From: Salpingoeca rosetta
Taxonomy: Eukaryota > Protista > Choanoflagellata
Assembly: GCA_033442325.1 (NCBI GenBank)
Contig: JAWQFM010000002.1
Span: 2,396,183-2,460,182 of the forward strand
Length of the DNA stretch: 64,000 bases
Reading direction: 5' to 3'
A program made the position numbers and the translations under genes. This document shows, piece by piece, positions 1-14,345 of the stretch (its first letter is position 1; each line of letters begins with the position of its first letter). Below the pieces are notes generated by a model that saw only the letters and a list, made by a program, of their open reading frames with translations, made no database searches and was not told where the DNA came from.

Positions 1-510
1 GTGCAATCGCGTTCACACCAAGCGCGCGCGCGTGTGTGTGTGTGTGTGTGTTTGGGGTTGGGGGTTGGAAGCAGAGGAGGCGACAGAATAATCAAGGGAG
101 GAGGGGCGAGCGAAGGAAGAAAGCAACAAACCAAGCGCACAAGCAAGCAAAACGACTGTCAATGAAATCAACTCATTGTGTGTGTGTGTGTGTGTGCAAG
201 ACATGCGTGGTGGACGGCAACGTTGAGTATCACATTTCGCCATTCACTGCGCACATGTCAAGGGAGAGCCGGCTCTCACATGAACACATGTGCAGCTGTG
301 GCGATGATAGTGATGACAGTGACGAGAGTAGAGATGGTGATGGGCGGGCGTCATTCAACAGCCGCAAGGGGAACAAAAAGAAACGGTGAGAACATGGGAT
401 CAGGGGATGACATGCAACGCGTTGAAGAACAGAAAGGAAAAGTGAAGGTGGACGATCAGATCAACACACGTGCGCGCATGTTGTTGTGATCGTGCTGTTA
501 TCGCTGGCGG

Positions 511-2233
511 TCACGGGACTGTGTACGTTCCGGGGCTGTGGATGAAACGAAGAGTCGCCACACGCACATACACGAACATACACACACATACACACGCGCA
601 CATACGAGAGCAAGTCAGATTGGCGAAGCTGTGAACGATACACGTCCACGACAACACAAGCAAACACGAACGCACCATGGCATCACACCACAGCACGCAC
701 ACACGCACACGCACACGCACACACACGCACACACACACACACGCACACACACACGCACACACGCACACGCACACGCGCACGCACACGCACACGCACACGC
801 ACACGCACACGCACACGCACACGCACACGCACACGCACACGCACACGCACACGCACACGCACACGCACACGCACACGCACACGCACACGCACACGCACAC
901 ACCATGGGGTTGGGGTTGTCTTGGGCTTTGCGAGGACGGGACGTGGCGCGGTGGCGCCAAACGCGGGCTTGGCCTTTGATCCTGTTGTTGTCGGCGTCTT
1001 GTATGTGCTCAGAAATTTCTCAGGGCCGTCAACACCATAGTGGCCCACGCTGGTGGATTGTGGATTGTGGGAGGTGGGGGTGAGAGGAAGCGTGAGATGG
1101 TGGCGGGTGTACTCGTGTGTTACTGTGTGTGTGTGTGACTGTGTGTGTGTGTGTGACTGTGTGTGTGTGTGTGTGTGTGTACCTCTGTGTGTTTGTGTGT
1201 GCTAACTGTGCGTGCCAACTCTGTGTGTGTGTGTGCGTGTGTGGGTGGGTTGGTGGGTGCGCGCGCAATTGTGTGTGTGCGTGTGTGTCGGCTTGGCTGT
1301 CTGTTGGTTGGTTGGTCCATCTGCGCGGCTCTGCCTGTGCAGTGCCAATAATACATCCACATGGGGGCACATTTGTGTCGTACCATGGGCTTGGCGGGGT
1401 GATGGTGGCCTTGAACCTGTCCTGCTGCGACCCAAAGGGCGACACCTTCTGCGAGGTCTGCGGTTTGTTCCACGACAACTCGTCCAGCCGCGCCGTGTGG
1501 TTCTGCAACACGCATGATGCGGCGTTAAGTGTGGAGATGGAGAAGCGTCATCATCACGCATCGAGGAACAAGGCCTCCATGACACATACGCACGAAAAGA
1601 GAGAGCTAGAGCAACGAAAGTACAACAGTGTCACGCTCATGCACTGAACACACGCATACCCAAACTCACGCTCACACACACACACACACAAACAAACTCA
1701 AACACACACACGCACGCGCCCTTGCACCAACGAACCAGGAGCTCTCGATCAGCAATGTCCTCCTTGAGTGATTTGTTGACGGCGAAAGGATCGGGCCGCT
1801 TGCCCGTGGTGAGCGTGCCTGTAAAAAACACAAACACATACAAGCATGTGAGCTGTTGACTGTCATCATTCCACAATGAATCGCAAGCGAGTGCATTAAC
1901 ACACAACAGCAACGTGAAAAGAGCGTCCAAACGCACCCGCACACTACACACACAACCATACACAAACAACCCCAGCAGACAACCCCGCTTCACGCAATCA
2001 AACATACACGCACGCACACACACACACCTCGCACGCTCCTTGGCTTGGAGCCGACATCGTGGCCAAAAGTGTGCTGCTTCGGCGAGTACTTTGTAGGGTC
2101 CGTGAGCGGGCGAGCAGTGGACGCTTCCAAGCGCGATCCCGCTTTCTGTAGGGGCACACAAGCAACCAACACGGTAGGAGAGATCGGGTGTGTTGTTCAG
2201 ACGAAGTGGTCAGATGGAGCCAAAGGCGACATG
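511..2233 (-). CDS. Spliced ciliary protein with PG-rich repeats (STPG/ODF3/CIMAP-like); 5' end unresolved
   Basis: Exons at about 2030-2150, 1720-1820, 1383-1540, 903-1049 and 511-535. Spliced motifs include PFGSQQDRF..ITPPSPCVGHY, PAFGATAPR and TPTPCPGTYTVP*, which resemble sperm-tail PG-rich repeats (FG...R...P.PG.Y). Confidence 0.55.
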
Positions 2234-2456
2234 TGGCGGCAGTGTTCGCGCGAGGGCGCGTGGGACGAGAACAGCCCAAGCAACAAATCTCACGACGCAA
2301 CAACAACAACAACAACACAAGGTTGAGGTGGTCCACAACTCATTGCACGCACACCCACGTCAACAACGAAACGCACCGAATCGCGCGGGCTGGAGGAGCC
2401 GAATCCTGGGCGCGGGCTGGACATGGATGGTGTTGCTGGCAGTGCAAACGAGCGAG

Positions 2457-2466
2457 TGGCGCGAAA
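2457..2466 (-). promoter_or_regulatory. E2F-like site (TTTCGCGCCA on minus strand)
   Basis: TGGCGCGAAA on the plus strand matches the TTTSSCGC consensus. It lies in the divergent intergenic region between the STPG-like gene and the gene at 2895. Confidence 0.4.
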
Positions 2467-2894
2467 GCGGAGCGAGGTCAACGTGAATGAAGCACGCACA
2501 GAGATTGTCTTCTTTGGTGCTGATGAAGCAGCTGATCTATGACACAGAGGCGGCGGTGGGGAGGTCGTTGTTAGGATGAAGGTGGTTGTGGAAGGTGGTG
2601 GGTTTTGATGTGGTTGTGGCTTTGGTGGCTTTGGCCGTGGCTGTGGCTGTGGATGCCAACCCAACTCAACTCAAACGTGCGTGCGTCAGTGGTTGTTGTT
2701 GTTGTGCGATTCTTGCTTGCCTCTGGTTTCGGTGTTTTGCGCGCACTACGCCACTGCCCTTGAAACAACAACGGTGCCGAAACTGACAATGAATAATAAC
2801 ATGTTTGTTCTTGTTTTGGTGTTGGGTGCCGACACCGACAGGCAAACCCATTCAAGGATACACAACCAGCCACCAACAGACAAACTTGGTGAGG

Positions 2895-3297
2895 ATGATG
2901 AGTGGGCCACTGCCGCCAACGACGACGACCACAACAGTAACGACGACGACAACAACAGCGACAGCAGCCACCGCGATGGCACCGGCATTGGACCCCGTGG
3001 CTTTGCTCGAGGATGCGTTTGGTCATGTGAGTTGGAAGCTGGCTGTGTATGATTGTGATTTGTGTGTGAGTGTGTGTCTGTGTGTGTGTGTGTGTGTGTG
3101 TGTCTGTGTGTGAGTGTGTGTGTGCGCGCGCTCGCGTCTGTTTGATGTGAGCTGTACTCCACGGCGCAGGTCCCTTGCTGCCAGCTCACTGGCTTGTTTC
3201 GATCGTGTAGATCAGGGATAAGCGAGCAGGGGACTGTGCAAATGCGTTTTCCATCCCACACGCCCGGCAGATTCTGCACTACCTCGACACCTACCCT

Positions 3298-3337
<40 letters not shown>

Positions 3338-3346
3338 CGTGTGTGC

Positions 3347-3387
<41 letters not shown>

Positions 3388-3409
3388 CGTGTGTGTGTGT
3401 GTGTGTGGC

Positions 3410-3452
<43 letters not shown>

Positions 3453-3818
3453 GTGTGTGTGCGTGGCTGTCTGTCTGTCTGTCTGTCTGTCTGTGGCTGT
3501 GCCTACCTGTGCCTATCTGTGTCTATCTGGCTTTCAATCTGTCTGCCTGTTCATGCGTATGCGTGCGTCCCTCTTTACAACTTTCTCCCCTCCGCTCCCC
3601 TCCTCTCCCTGTCGCTCCGTGTGCCACACACACACACACGCTTCTTTCCTTCTTGCGACTGACATGAGACAAGTGCTTGCGTTGGTGGCGCCGTGCAGAT
3701 GTGCTGTTGATGGGGCACACGAAGAAGCTGCGCAAGGTGGCGGAGACTTGCTTGGAATCTTCTTCACAACAAGACCTGCTCTCAGCGTTACTTGCAGCCG
3801 TAAGTCGTGTGTGTGTGC

Positions 3819-3895
<77 letters not shown>

Positions 3896-4798
3896 TTTTC
3901 TGTGTGCTTTTTCTGTGTGTGTGTGTGTGTGTGTTTCTGTCTCTCAACATGCTTTGCTGTCTCGATGTGCATGTTCAATGGTGCCCCACCGTTTTTCACA
4001 GGATGCAGTGAACATTGGAAACGGCGGCGCAACCACCAATGCACGAACCCAAGTACAATCACGTACGTATGCAAGTGAGTGAGTCTGTCTGTCTGTGCCT
4101 GTCTGTCTGTGTCTGTCTGTGTCTGTCTTTCCTTGTGTCTGTCCATCTGTGTATGTGTGTGGCATCTTGCGTCCATGTGAGCGCAGACCTTTGCATGTGC
4201 CTTCTTGGGTGTGTTCCCTTGGCGCCTCCCTTGCCGCCATCGTCACTACTTCCATCATCACCAACATCATCGTCACCACCCATCCGTCTGGTGTGCTGTG
4301 CAGCCCAACACACCTCAACAGAGACGCCGGCGATGCGCCGACAAGCGGCTGCAGACGCCATTCGACACACGTTGCAAGGTGTGCCCTTGACACATTGTTC
4401 TTCCGGCATCTGCCTGTGCATGTGTGTGTGCATGTGTGTGTTTGTGCCTGCTGCTTGCGCTGACGTTCAGTTATTGCTTGTCGTGTTTCCCGCGCTTTTT
4501 TGAACAGGCACATCCCTGCACTCTCTCTCAGATGCACTTCACGTGAGTGTGTGCATGTGCATGTGTGATGTGTGTGATGTGTGTGTATGTTCTTGTGCTT
4601 GTCTCGTGCACGCCTGTGTGGTGTGTGAGTGCCTTGCCTTGATCTTGTGTACCCCTTTACGTTGCCTTGATGCTACCTGCGTGTGCCATTGCCATGACCA
4701 CGCCTGCAGACAACGACGTTGGAAGAAGCCGTGCGAATGCTGCGCCAACTCAACACGGCCGTGCTCGAAACAGCATCCATGTACGACTGCACACTTTT

Positions 4799-4885
<87 letters not shown>

Positions 4886-5200
4886 CAGTGCTCACTCTTC
4901 CACTCGTCGCACTGTTCTCCCTCTCACACATACATACGCATACATACGCACTGCAGCTGCACGTTTGATCTCTTTGCTGTAGACAATCTCAAGCCGGGCC
5001 ACCTGCGCAAACTGGAAAAGGCAGTGCGGTGCGTCGCATGCCACGCCCGTGATGCGAGCGAACCGAAATGGAAGAGATGAAGAGAAGAGAGAGGAGGGGT
5101 TGTTCACTTGCTTGTTTGTGCTTGCTTGTTTGTTTGCTTGTTTGTGCTTGTTTGCTTGTAGTACCCTGCTTCGAACTGAACAACTACGTCGCTCACCCTC

Positions 5201-5286
<86 letters not shown>

Positions 5287-5702
5287 ACAACAACAAACAA
5301 CAAACAACAACATCCACATGCAAACATCATCAAACGCACACATCCACACGTGTGCACACGCACACACCCTCTTTGTGTTGCGCGTGTAGGATATCTCTGG
5401 ATTGGCAGCTGGCGCAGAGCGTTGTGCATGACAGTGGGAGCCGCTCCGCGACAACAAACACTGCCACCACAACCACAACCGCCACCACAACCACAACCAC
5501 CGCCACCGCCACAGCAGCGACGACGAACCATGCGTCTGCGGGGATGGCAAACGCGTTTGCAGCAGCACCGCCGCCGCCACCACTTGCACCCATCGCCACA
5601 TTGGCCACTACATCAGCCACAGCAGGGACAGCACCAGGACACATGACAACTGCTGTCACGACAGCACCCTCGGCATCGTTATCGTCCTCCTTTGGGCCGT
5701 AA
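2895..5702 (+). CDS. Multi-exon hypothetical protein
   Basis: Short non-repetitive segments between microsatellite introns: MMSGPLPP..LLEDAFGH, DVLLMGHTKKLRKVAETCLE, LEEAVRMLRQLNTAVLE, and a last exon ISLDWQLAQSVVHD...SSSFGP*. No family recognised. Confidence 0.45.
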
Positions 5703-5842
5703 CATGAGGCATCAAGTGAGAGCGTGACATACCCCTCTCTGCATTCACCCCGCCATTGCTTTCATTTGATCCGCTTTGGTTCGTTGTATTGTTGCGTCTG
5801 TGATGTTGAGCTGCTCATCGCTTTGCTGCCTGTCCTTGTCAT

Positions 5843-5892
<50 letters not shown>

Positions 5893-6075
5893 TGTCTGTC
5901 TGTCTGGCTGTGTGTCTGTGTCTGTCTGTGTGTGTCTGTGTCTGTGTCTGTGTCTGTGTCTGTGTGTCTGTGTCTGTGTCTGTCTGTGTGTTTGCGCTCT
6001 AACCGATCCATAAACGTTCGGAAACCTTCAACATTTGGCCAACGGTTGCAGCACGATGCAGACACACACACACCA

Positions 6076-6157
<82 letters not shown>

Positions 6158-7099
6158 CACCACCAAAAACACACAGTCAGCACAAACAGCAACCCTCCCG
6201 GCACCGCGCATCAGATAAATGGTGTATGATTTGTATGAAATTTCGGCATTCCACGTACGCCACCGCCGCCAAGTGCTTTGAATGTCGCGACCACCACGCA
6301 AACAACCAGCAACACACGCACCCCTCTCCGAGCCAAGACGCATCGCGCGTCGCACGAGTTGCCTGCCAACCATGCCATTCTCCTGGAAGCGAGTGCATGC
6401 GTGCATACAACGCAAGGGAGGACGGAGATGGCAACGTAGTGGCATTGCCAGCACACTGGCACGGTTGGAGGGGTCAACGCTGCCCATCTCCTGAGAATCA
6501 ACCACCGGTACGCACACGTTCGCCTCGCATTCCACTGGTTTCAACCCTGCTCACTTCGCCACCAGCCACATCTTTAAGCGCACACACAGGCACGCACGCA
6601 GTCGCTCACGCACAGTCTGCCCTTTCATTCTCTGCTGCCACCCATCTTCCCTGTTTCCCGTGCCAGCCAAAGGTATGCAAGCCCTTGCTTCAGCTCCTCT
6701 GCTGCACCCGCACAGCACCACCACCTTTGTGCGACTACTGCTGCTGCCACCACCGCGTCTTGCCTTCTTTCTTGCCTTGCCCTAACTTGCCCCCTTTTTG
6801 CTTGCATCGCCGTCTGCCCACCTTGTCATTCCCCGCTCACCCTCCCTTCTCGCTCGCTGCATACCATTCCTTCCTGCCATTCCATTGGTTCGCCCTTGCC
6901 TGCAAGCAGAGGCTTGTGTTGGTGGTGTTGGTGGTGTGCCACAGGGGACCAGCCATCTGCGCCTGCATGAGAAGCAACGGATTACGTACCACGCGCATTC
7001 CAAGCCCGCAATAGACTGCACCTTGCCCGTGCCTTGATCGCGCCCTTCCTCGCGCCCTTCCACATACACATCCCCGTCTCCATTTCCCGGCCTGCCACA

Positions 7100-7512
7100 T
7101 ACACTCCCTCCCTCGCACTCCGTTGCCTGGATCGGCGATGTTGATGTCTTGGAGGCACACATCGACAAGAGCCTCAACGTCAACGTTCAACACCCATCGG
7201 TGCGTGCTGCAGCCTTGCTCTGCTTGTTCTGCTTCATCACCCACGCCATCGCTGCTTTCTGCATCATCATATCATCATCGCCCTCTGTTACGCCACGAAC
7301 TCACCCATAGTCGCCCATACCACACACAAATACAACCACGAACCAAACACCCATTACTTTCCACCAGACACGCGTCACCCCGCTGCATTATGCTGCACGC
7401 CGCGGTCATGTTGAGATTGCCCGCGTTCTCATCGCACACGGCGCAAACCCGGCCGCTTGCTCAAAGGTCCGTTTGTGTCTGTGTGTGTGTGTGTCTGTGT
7501 GTGTGTGTGTGT

Positions 7513-7572
<60 letters not shown>

Positions 7573-7962
7573 CGCATCGATGTGTTTCCTTCGATCATGT
7601 ATGCGTGGCGCATTTCTCCCATTCTCACTCTCGATAACCACCATATCCCTTGTTTGGTCGGCTGAGCAGGAGGGCTTGACCCCATACGATATGGCCCGCA
7701 AACACAAGCAAAGCGACATTGCCGACTTTCTGGAGAAGATTCGCAAGGTGCGCTTGTATGCGTGTGTCTGTGTGTCTGTGTGCGTGTGAGTCTGTGTCTG
7801 TGTCTGTGTGTGTCTGTGTGACAGATCTGCGACAACTGGAGCTTTCGTCAGCAAGACGATTGCTGAGTGGTGAACAGCTGAAACATTCATCGCATCCGCT
7901 CTACTTGCCCCACTTTCTTGCTCACTTTGCTCTGCTGCCATCTCTCCCCTTGCCTTCTCTGA

Positions 7963-7995
<33 letters not shown>

Positions 7996-8308
7996 TGCAG
8001 TGTGTGCTGCATCTTCTCCCACACGAGAAGGACATGGTCGTCGTCCGCGAAATCATCGAACGCGCAGACAACCTCGACTCCCGCCGCTACGTCAGTTCAT
8101 TCACTTTGCTCTTGTGTGTCTGTGTCTGTGTGTCTCTGTGTCTGTGTGTGTCTTTGTTTGTTCGTCTCTTTCTCTCCGTCTCTCTGTGTCTGTAACTGTT
8201 GTCGTCGTTCACTGCCTCTCGTCGCATATTCCCCCCCCCCCACACACACACACACACATTCGCTTGTACTCACCCAGCAAATCACCCGATCGCGAAAAAT
8301 ACACTCAC

Positions 8309-8342
<34 letters not shown>

Positions 8343-8578
8343 GACAGCTCGGCGTGACCCCGCTGCACATTGCATGCGCCATTGGACAAGCAGAGATTGT
8401 GCGCATGCTGCTCGCGAGAGGCGCTTCCACAAAATACAAGGACCCGGTGCGTCATTGCCACTCTTCTTCCTTGCTGACCTTGTTGTTGCTGCTGCTGTTA
8501 TTGTTGTTGTTGTAGTTGTTGCTGCTGCTGTTATTGTTGTTGTTGTAGTTGTTGTTGTTGTTGTTGTTGTTGTTGTAG

Positions 8579-8625
<47 letters not shown>

Positions 8626-9203
8626 GCTGCTGCTGCTGCTACTGTCCTGGAGGCTGCTGTTCTTTTGTGCTGCTGACTGCATACATCACGTGCTTTGCAA
8701 GCATCCCTCCATTTCCGCACGCTTGCTCATACGCCAGTGCTGTTATGTGTTCCCACTTCCTCTTTCTCTTTCTCTTTCTCTTTCTCTTTCTCTTTCGCTT
8801 TCTCTTTCTCTTTCTCATTCTGTTCTTCTTCTTTCTGTTCCTCTTGTCCTGCTGCTGCTGTTGCTCTTGAAATGACAGCGCAAGCGAACGTGTTTGCACT
8901 TTGCCGTCATCCACGGCCACAGGGAAGTGGTCTCCCTCCTCCTCGCATCAGGCATGAAGACAACATCACAAGACGACGTGAGTACTTTCTCTCTGTGTGT
9001 GTGTGTGTGTGTGTGCATCTGTGTGTGCGCGTGTGTGTTTGCCGCGTGAATCCTCTGCATTCCTCTCACCGCTCCATCGCTGCTCCGTGTCATGTCATGT
9101 CTATCTCCACCCCCCAGACGGGCCAGACCGCAGCCGAGTACGCCCGCGCCATGTACCCCGACATCTGGAAGGTCTTCGAGGTGCGTGAACACATGAGAGA
9201 AAG

Positions 9204-9292
<89 letters not shown>

Positions 9293-9702
9293 TGTGTTTG
9301 TGTTCGCTGTGGTCCTTTGCTGTGTGTGTGTTTGCGTTTGTGTCAAACCACTGCCATTTTTTGCCTTTGATGACCACGTTGCATTTGTACATGCGTGCTC
9401 GCTTGTATGCTTGCTCACGTGCTCGCTTTTACACACGCACACCTCTCACACGACACCTCGACACGGCCATGCATGCGATGAATCACAGAGCCCACCGGAG
9501 AAGATCAACTTTGCAGAAATGTACGGCAGCGGGAGCGGTAACAACAGCATGTCGTCGCGCGCGAGCACAGCGCAACTCCTGCCGCCATCGCAGTCACAGC
9601 CCGGATCGCCGCCCTTCTCGCCACAGCTGCACCAGCTCGAGCGCATGTCCCAGTCCTCGGGCAGCTCAATCTCCCTCCTCTCCTCCCCAGGACGCATCAG
9701 CG

Positions 9703-9745
<43 letters not shown>

Positions 9746-10048
9746 GTGTGTTTGTGTCTACGTGTGTTGTTTGTGTGCACTCCAAACACTGCCGTCCATT
9801 TTTTCTTCACCTACACACACACACACACACATACACACACACACACACCTTTGTTCCCACCTCAGCCGACGGATATGGACGAGCTGCGGGAGTTCCTTGA
9901 CGACTTGGACCTGGTGGACAAGGCGTACCACGTGCTCATTGCAAACGAGGTCTCGGACGTGGAGACGCTTCGCCTCATGTCAAAACAGGACATGATCTCC
10001 ATCGGCATCAAACTTGGCGTTGCTCTCAAGATTATCGGCCACCTCTAA
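7100..10048 (+). CDS. Ankyrin-repeat protein with C-terminal SAM domain (5' end unresolved)
   Basis: Exons encode AWIGDVDVLEAHIDKSLNVN, VTPLHYAARRGHVEIARVLIAHGAN, GLTPYDMAR, GVTPLHIACAIGQAEIVRMLLARGA and GQTAAEYA. The last exon (9866-10048) LREFLDDLDL..YHVLIANEV.DVETLRLMSKQDMISIGIKLGVALKII is a SAM domain. Confidence 0.85.
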
Positions 10049-10688
10049 GCATTCACCCGGCCAATCGCTCGCCGCTCCCAGCACCAACCCCTAGTCCTAC
10101 TCCACGCACTGTTCCCCGCCCCTCTCCCTGTCAACTTGTTGAGGAATCCTCCCCCGTACACTCCCCCGGGTGCGCGCTTCCGTGTCCCTGCTCCTGCTCC
10201 TCCTCCTCCTCCTCCTCCTCCTGCTCCTCCTCCTCCTCCTCCTCCTCCTCCTCCTCCTCCTCCTCCTCCTCCTGTTCTGCTCCTTGTTCCGGACAACGTA
10301 CCAACCTCTTTGTTTCTATTGAAACCAAGGGTTTGTTTTATCCTTTGTTATCTCTTTGAGTGCGCGCGCATGTGCCATTTCCCACGTTTGGGTTGAGCCG
10401 CTGCCTGCCTGCTCGCCTTTCTTGCCGCTTTTGTGTTTGGGAGTTCTCCCGTTGCAATTTATGTTACAGGACTCGTCAGGTGCTTGTTGTTGTTGTTGAT
10501 GGCTGGTTGGTGTGCTCTGTGCATGGTTTGTGTGACCACCACCGCCGCCGTTGCGTGTGCGCGTTTGAGTTGTGGTGAGTTTTGGGTTAAGTGGGCGAGT
10601 GAGTGCTGCTCACGGCTGTCTTTGGCTGCTGCCATTCACAGAGCCGTCTCTGTTGTGTGCAGGGAGGAGACGTGAGAAGCCGCTGCAC

Positions 10689-10763
10689 CCTGGTGTGGCC
10701 GTGATGCGCGTGCCTGGTGTGCCGTGATGCGCGTGCCTGGTGTGCCGTGATGCGCGTGCCTGG
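10689..10763. repeat. 23-bp minisatellite x3 (CCTGGTGTGCCGTGATGCGCGTG)
   Basis: Three directly visible tandem copies. Confidence 0.85.
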
Positions 10764-11147
10764 AGTGATCGCGCTACACTCTTCCCTCCCTGTTGTTTTT
10801 GTTGTTGTCGTGGTTAAACCCTGTACATGCAACGCTGTTTGTTGTGCTGCATCGGTGTCGTTTGCGTTTATTTGTAAGTGCATGTGCATGTGTGTGCATG
10901 TGTTGTTCGTAAGGTTGCGTGTGAGGTTGTGTAAGTCGGTGTATACTTTGCAAGTCCCACATGCCTAACCCCCTCATAAAAGCCAAACCAAATATGTAGC
11001 GTGCAGGGGTGTTTGCAGTGGAAGTGTGGGTGTGGGGGCGTTTGCAACGTGGGGAAGATAGAGTTGCTGCTGCTGCGCAAAGCAAAACACGACAGCACAT
11101 CAAACAGGTTCAGACAAGTTTTAATCCGTGATTTCTTGCTTTCTCTT

Positions 11148-11161
11148 TTTTGGCGCCAAAA
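11148..11161. promoter_or_regulatory. Palindromic E2F binding site TTTTGGCGCCAAAA upstream of RPA2
   Basis: Perfect 14-bp palindrome about 150 bp before the RPA2 ATG, matching TTTSSCGC on both strands. Confidence 0.7.
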
Positions 11162-11309
11162 CAACAAGAGACGACCGCCAACACACACATCACACGACAT
11201 CACGGATACGAACACACACACACAAGCGTGCCTCAGCCAGATTCAGCCCTCTTGTCGTGCCCTCGATTGAGCTCACACTTGCTTCTCCTCCTCACCCTTC
11301 CAACCAACC

Positions 11310-11424
11310 ATGGACGGTGGCTTTGGTGGTGGCGGCTTTGGTGACTACAACACATCCAATGGCGGTATGCACGCTGTACGTGCGTGTCTGTGTGCGTGTG
11401 TCTCTGTGTGTCTGTGTGTGTGTA

Positions 11425-11468
<44 letters not shown>

Positions 11469-13098
11469 GATTTCTTGCATGGTTTTTGTGCCGGGGGTGC
11501 GTGTGTACCCTTATCTCATTGTTCGATCCGCGTCTCACCGCGTGCTGCTGCTGCGCCGCTGCTCAGGTGGATTCATGACTGGCGAAGGCGGTGGCTTTTC
11601 CAGCCAGAGCCCCGCAGATGCTGGCATCAAGGTTCGCTGCAGCACCATTCAGTGTGTGTGTCTGTCTATGCAGCGAGGAAGAGATCTACTCGTGCACACA
11701 CACGCACACACACGCACATACACACGCACATACACACGCACATACACACACACAGAGCACACACATACACACACAGAGCACACACACGCGCACACACGCC
11801 AACACGCACACACGCACATTTCTCCCTCTCTCTCTTTCTTACACAACACAACAAACAAAACACATGTGCTCACGGTGCCTTGTTGTGTGGATGTGTGCGT
11901 GGATGTGTGCGTGTGTCTGCCCACAGCGCATCTCCACAGTGACGCCCGTGTGCGTGAAGCAAGTCAAGGACGCGCAGCGCGGTGACGACACCAGCTTCAT
12001 CGTCAACGGCGTCGCTGTGGACAAAGTCGCCCTGGTGGCCGTCATCCGCAACGTGCAGCAGAAGGCCACCCGCATCTCCTACAACGTGGAGGACCACACG
12101 GGTCTCATTGATGTCATGCAGTACCTCTCTGGTGGCGATGACGAGGAGGAACCCCAAGTCCCAGAGGAGGTGGCACAGAACAGGTGTGCGTGTGTCTGTG
12201 TGTGTCTGTGTGCGTGTGTCTGTGTGTGTCTGTGTGTGTCTGTGTGTGTCTGTGTGTGTGCGTCGATACTGTGGTGTCGCTGCGCCAATGTCGCAGTGTG
12301 TATCCATGCTGTGCCCATGCCGGAGTGTATACCCATGCTGTGCCTTGCAGCGGTGGTGTGTGCGTGAGCGCAAAGCACTGCCATGCATGCGCCCTACCTG
12401 TGCTCACGGACCGCCATTACGCTTGGCTTCGCTTCCTTCGTGGTTTGCGCACAATGGTCCAGGGAGGGCCGCTACGTGCGAATTGTTGCGTCGATACGCG
12501 CGGGCGAGGACGACTCAAAGCGCCTCAACGCGTTCCTCATCACCCCAATCGACGATCACAACGAGCTGACATACCACTTTCTCAATGTCGTCTACGCCAA
12601 CTTGGTCAGCAGCCACGGCATCCTCGGCGTAAGTGACTCCCCCCCCCCCCTCTTTGCTGGCGTGCTGAACACTTGCTTCCGCTGCTTGTTGTCCACCACC
12701 ACCTTGCTCCACCACCACCTTGCTCCTTGCCTATTGTGTTTGTGATCCCCCGGCCGGCCTTCTATTTATTCGTGATCCACTCACATGCAGTCCTTTCTTT
12801 GTGTTTGTGTTTGTTCCATTTTCTCACCCCCCCCCCTTCCCCTTTCAACCACGTTTCACCCACAGGAGCGCAAGCTTGGTTTGCAGGCGGGTCAGCCGCG
12901 TGGCTCACAACCGTCCCAGGCCGGTATGGCTGGGCAAGGCATGGGCACGGCGACCAACGGCGCAACCGCCTTCAACAACACACCAGTGCGTTGATTTTCT
13001 GTGCATGTATGTGTGGTGGTTGCGGTGCTGCTGCTGCTGCTGCTGGTGGTGGTGGTGATAGTTGCGCTCACTCACACACACACACGCACACACACTCG

Positions 13099-13129
<31 letters not shown>

Positions 13130-13458
13130 TCTCACACTACGCCTTGTGTGTGTGATGAAACAGATGGACACGGGACTTCCTCGCAACTTGCAGGCTGTGC
13201 TCAACGTCATCCAAACAGAGGGCAGCGCATCGGAGACAGGTGTTGGCATGTCCACCATCCTCGACCGCCTCAGACCACAGGGCTTCAACGAGCCACAGAT
13301 CAGGTGCGCGTGTATGTGTGTGTGTGTATGTGTGTCTGTGTCTGTCTGTGTGCGTGTGTGCTGTGTGTGTCTTGTCTGTCTGTGCGTTTGCGCATGAACA
13401 CTGTTGCTCAACCTCATCAAAAGCATGGACACTATCTTAACCTTTGGTTCCCCCCTCC

Positions 13459-13537
<79 letters not shown>

Positions 13538-13617
13538 CTGCTGTGGAGGAGCTGCTGAACGAAGGACAAGTGTACTCGACCGTTGATGACGACCACTTCA
13601 AGAGCACAGATGATTAA
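11310..13617 (+). CDS. RPA2: Replication protein A 32 kDa subunit (7 exons)
   Basis: Gly/Ser-rich N-terminus (GGFM..SQSP), an OB fold ([58 protein letters not shown]) and a winged-helix C-terminus ([26 protein letters not shown]). Confidence 0.95.
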
Positions 13618-14345
13618 ACCCAACGGATTCAACCCCCTACACATCCCCACTCACACGAACGTACACACACACACACACGCACATGCCCTTGCCCACAAAC
13701 ACACGTGCGTGCATTATGCTGTTCCCTTTCCCACTGTTAGTAGCTCCCTGTATGCGTTTGCGTTGTTGCTTATATGTTGGCAACACGCCACCACAGCCTC
13801 TCTCTGCCTCCTTTCGTGTTTGCTTAAGCAGCCCCTTCCCCCTTCGCACATCCCCGACCGCCTTCTTTGATGGACTGTTCAATAATCACTCACCAACGCA
13901 AGAGAAAGCTTCATGTCATGATACAATACACAAAGACGAGGGAATGCAAATAGATACATGGCATCGCTGGAAGAAAGATACACACAGCTAAATACAACTT
14001 GATACAAACTCGGTTCAGGTGATGAAAGCGAGTTGGGACCCGGTTGGGAACAACCAACGTAGAGTACACAAAGCACAAAGGGTTTTCAATTCGCTCTCCT
14101 CCTTTCGACACATTGACCTCAACAACTCAATCTCAAATAGCACAGAGCCAGCAATATGCACAACGGCTGACGGGGTATGTTACACGTCTCACACCACACC
14201 ACGCACCTACACACACACACACACACACACGCCACGCACTTACACACACGCGCGCGCCACGCACTTACACACACGCACACACACACACACACAAATCACA
14301 CCACACCACACCACACCACACACCACACACACACACACACACACA

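Noticed and set aside
6215-6300. CxxC...CxxC pattern (WCMICMK..KCFECRDHH) as a zinc finger
   Set aside because: It sits in a microsatellite-derived ORF with no convincing exon context.
10185-10272. Poly-Pro or poly-Glu ORF
   Set aside because: A (CCT)n microsatellite downstream of the ankyrin-SAM stop codon.
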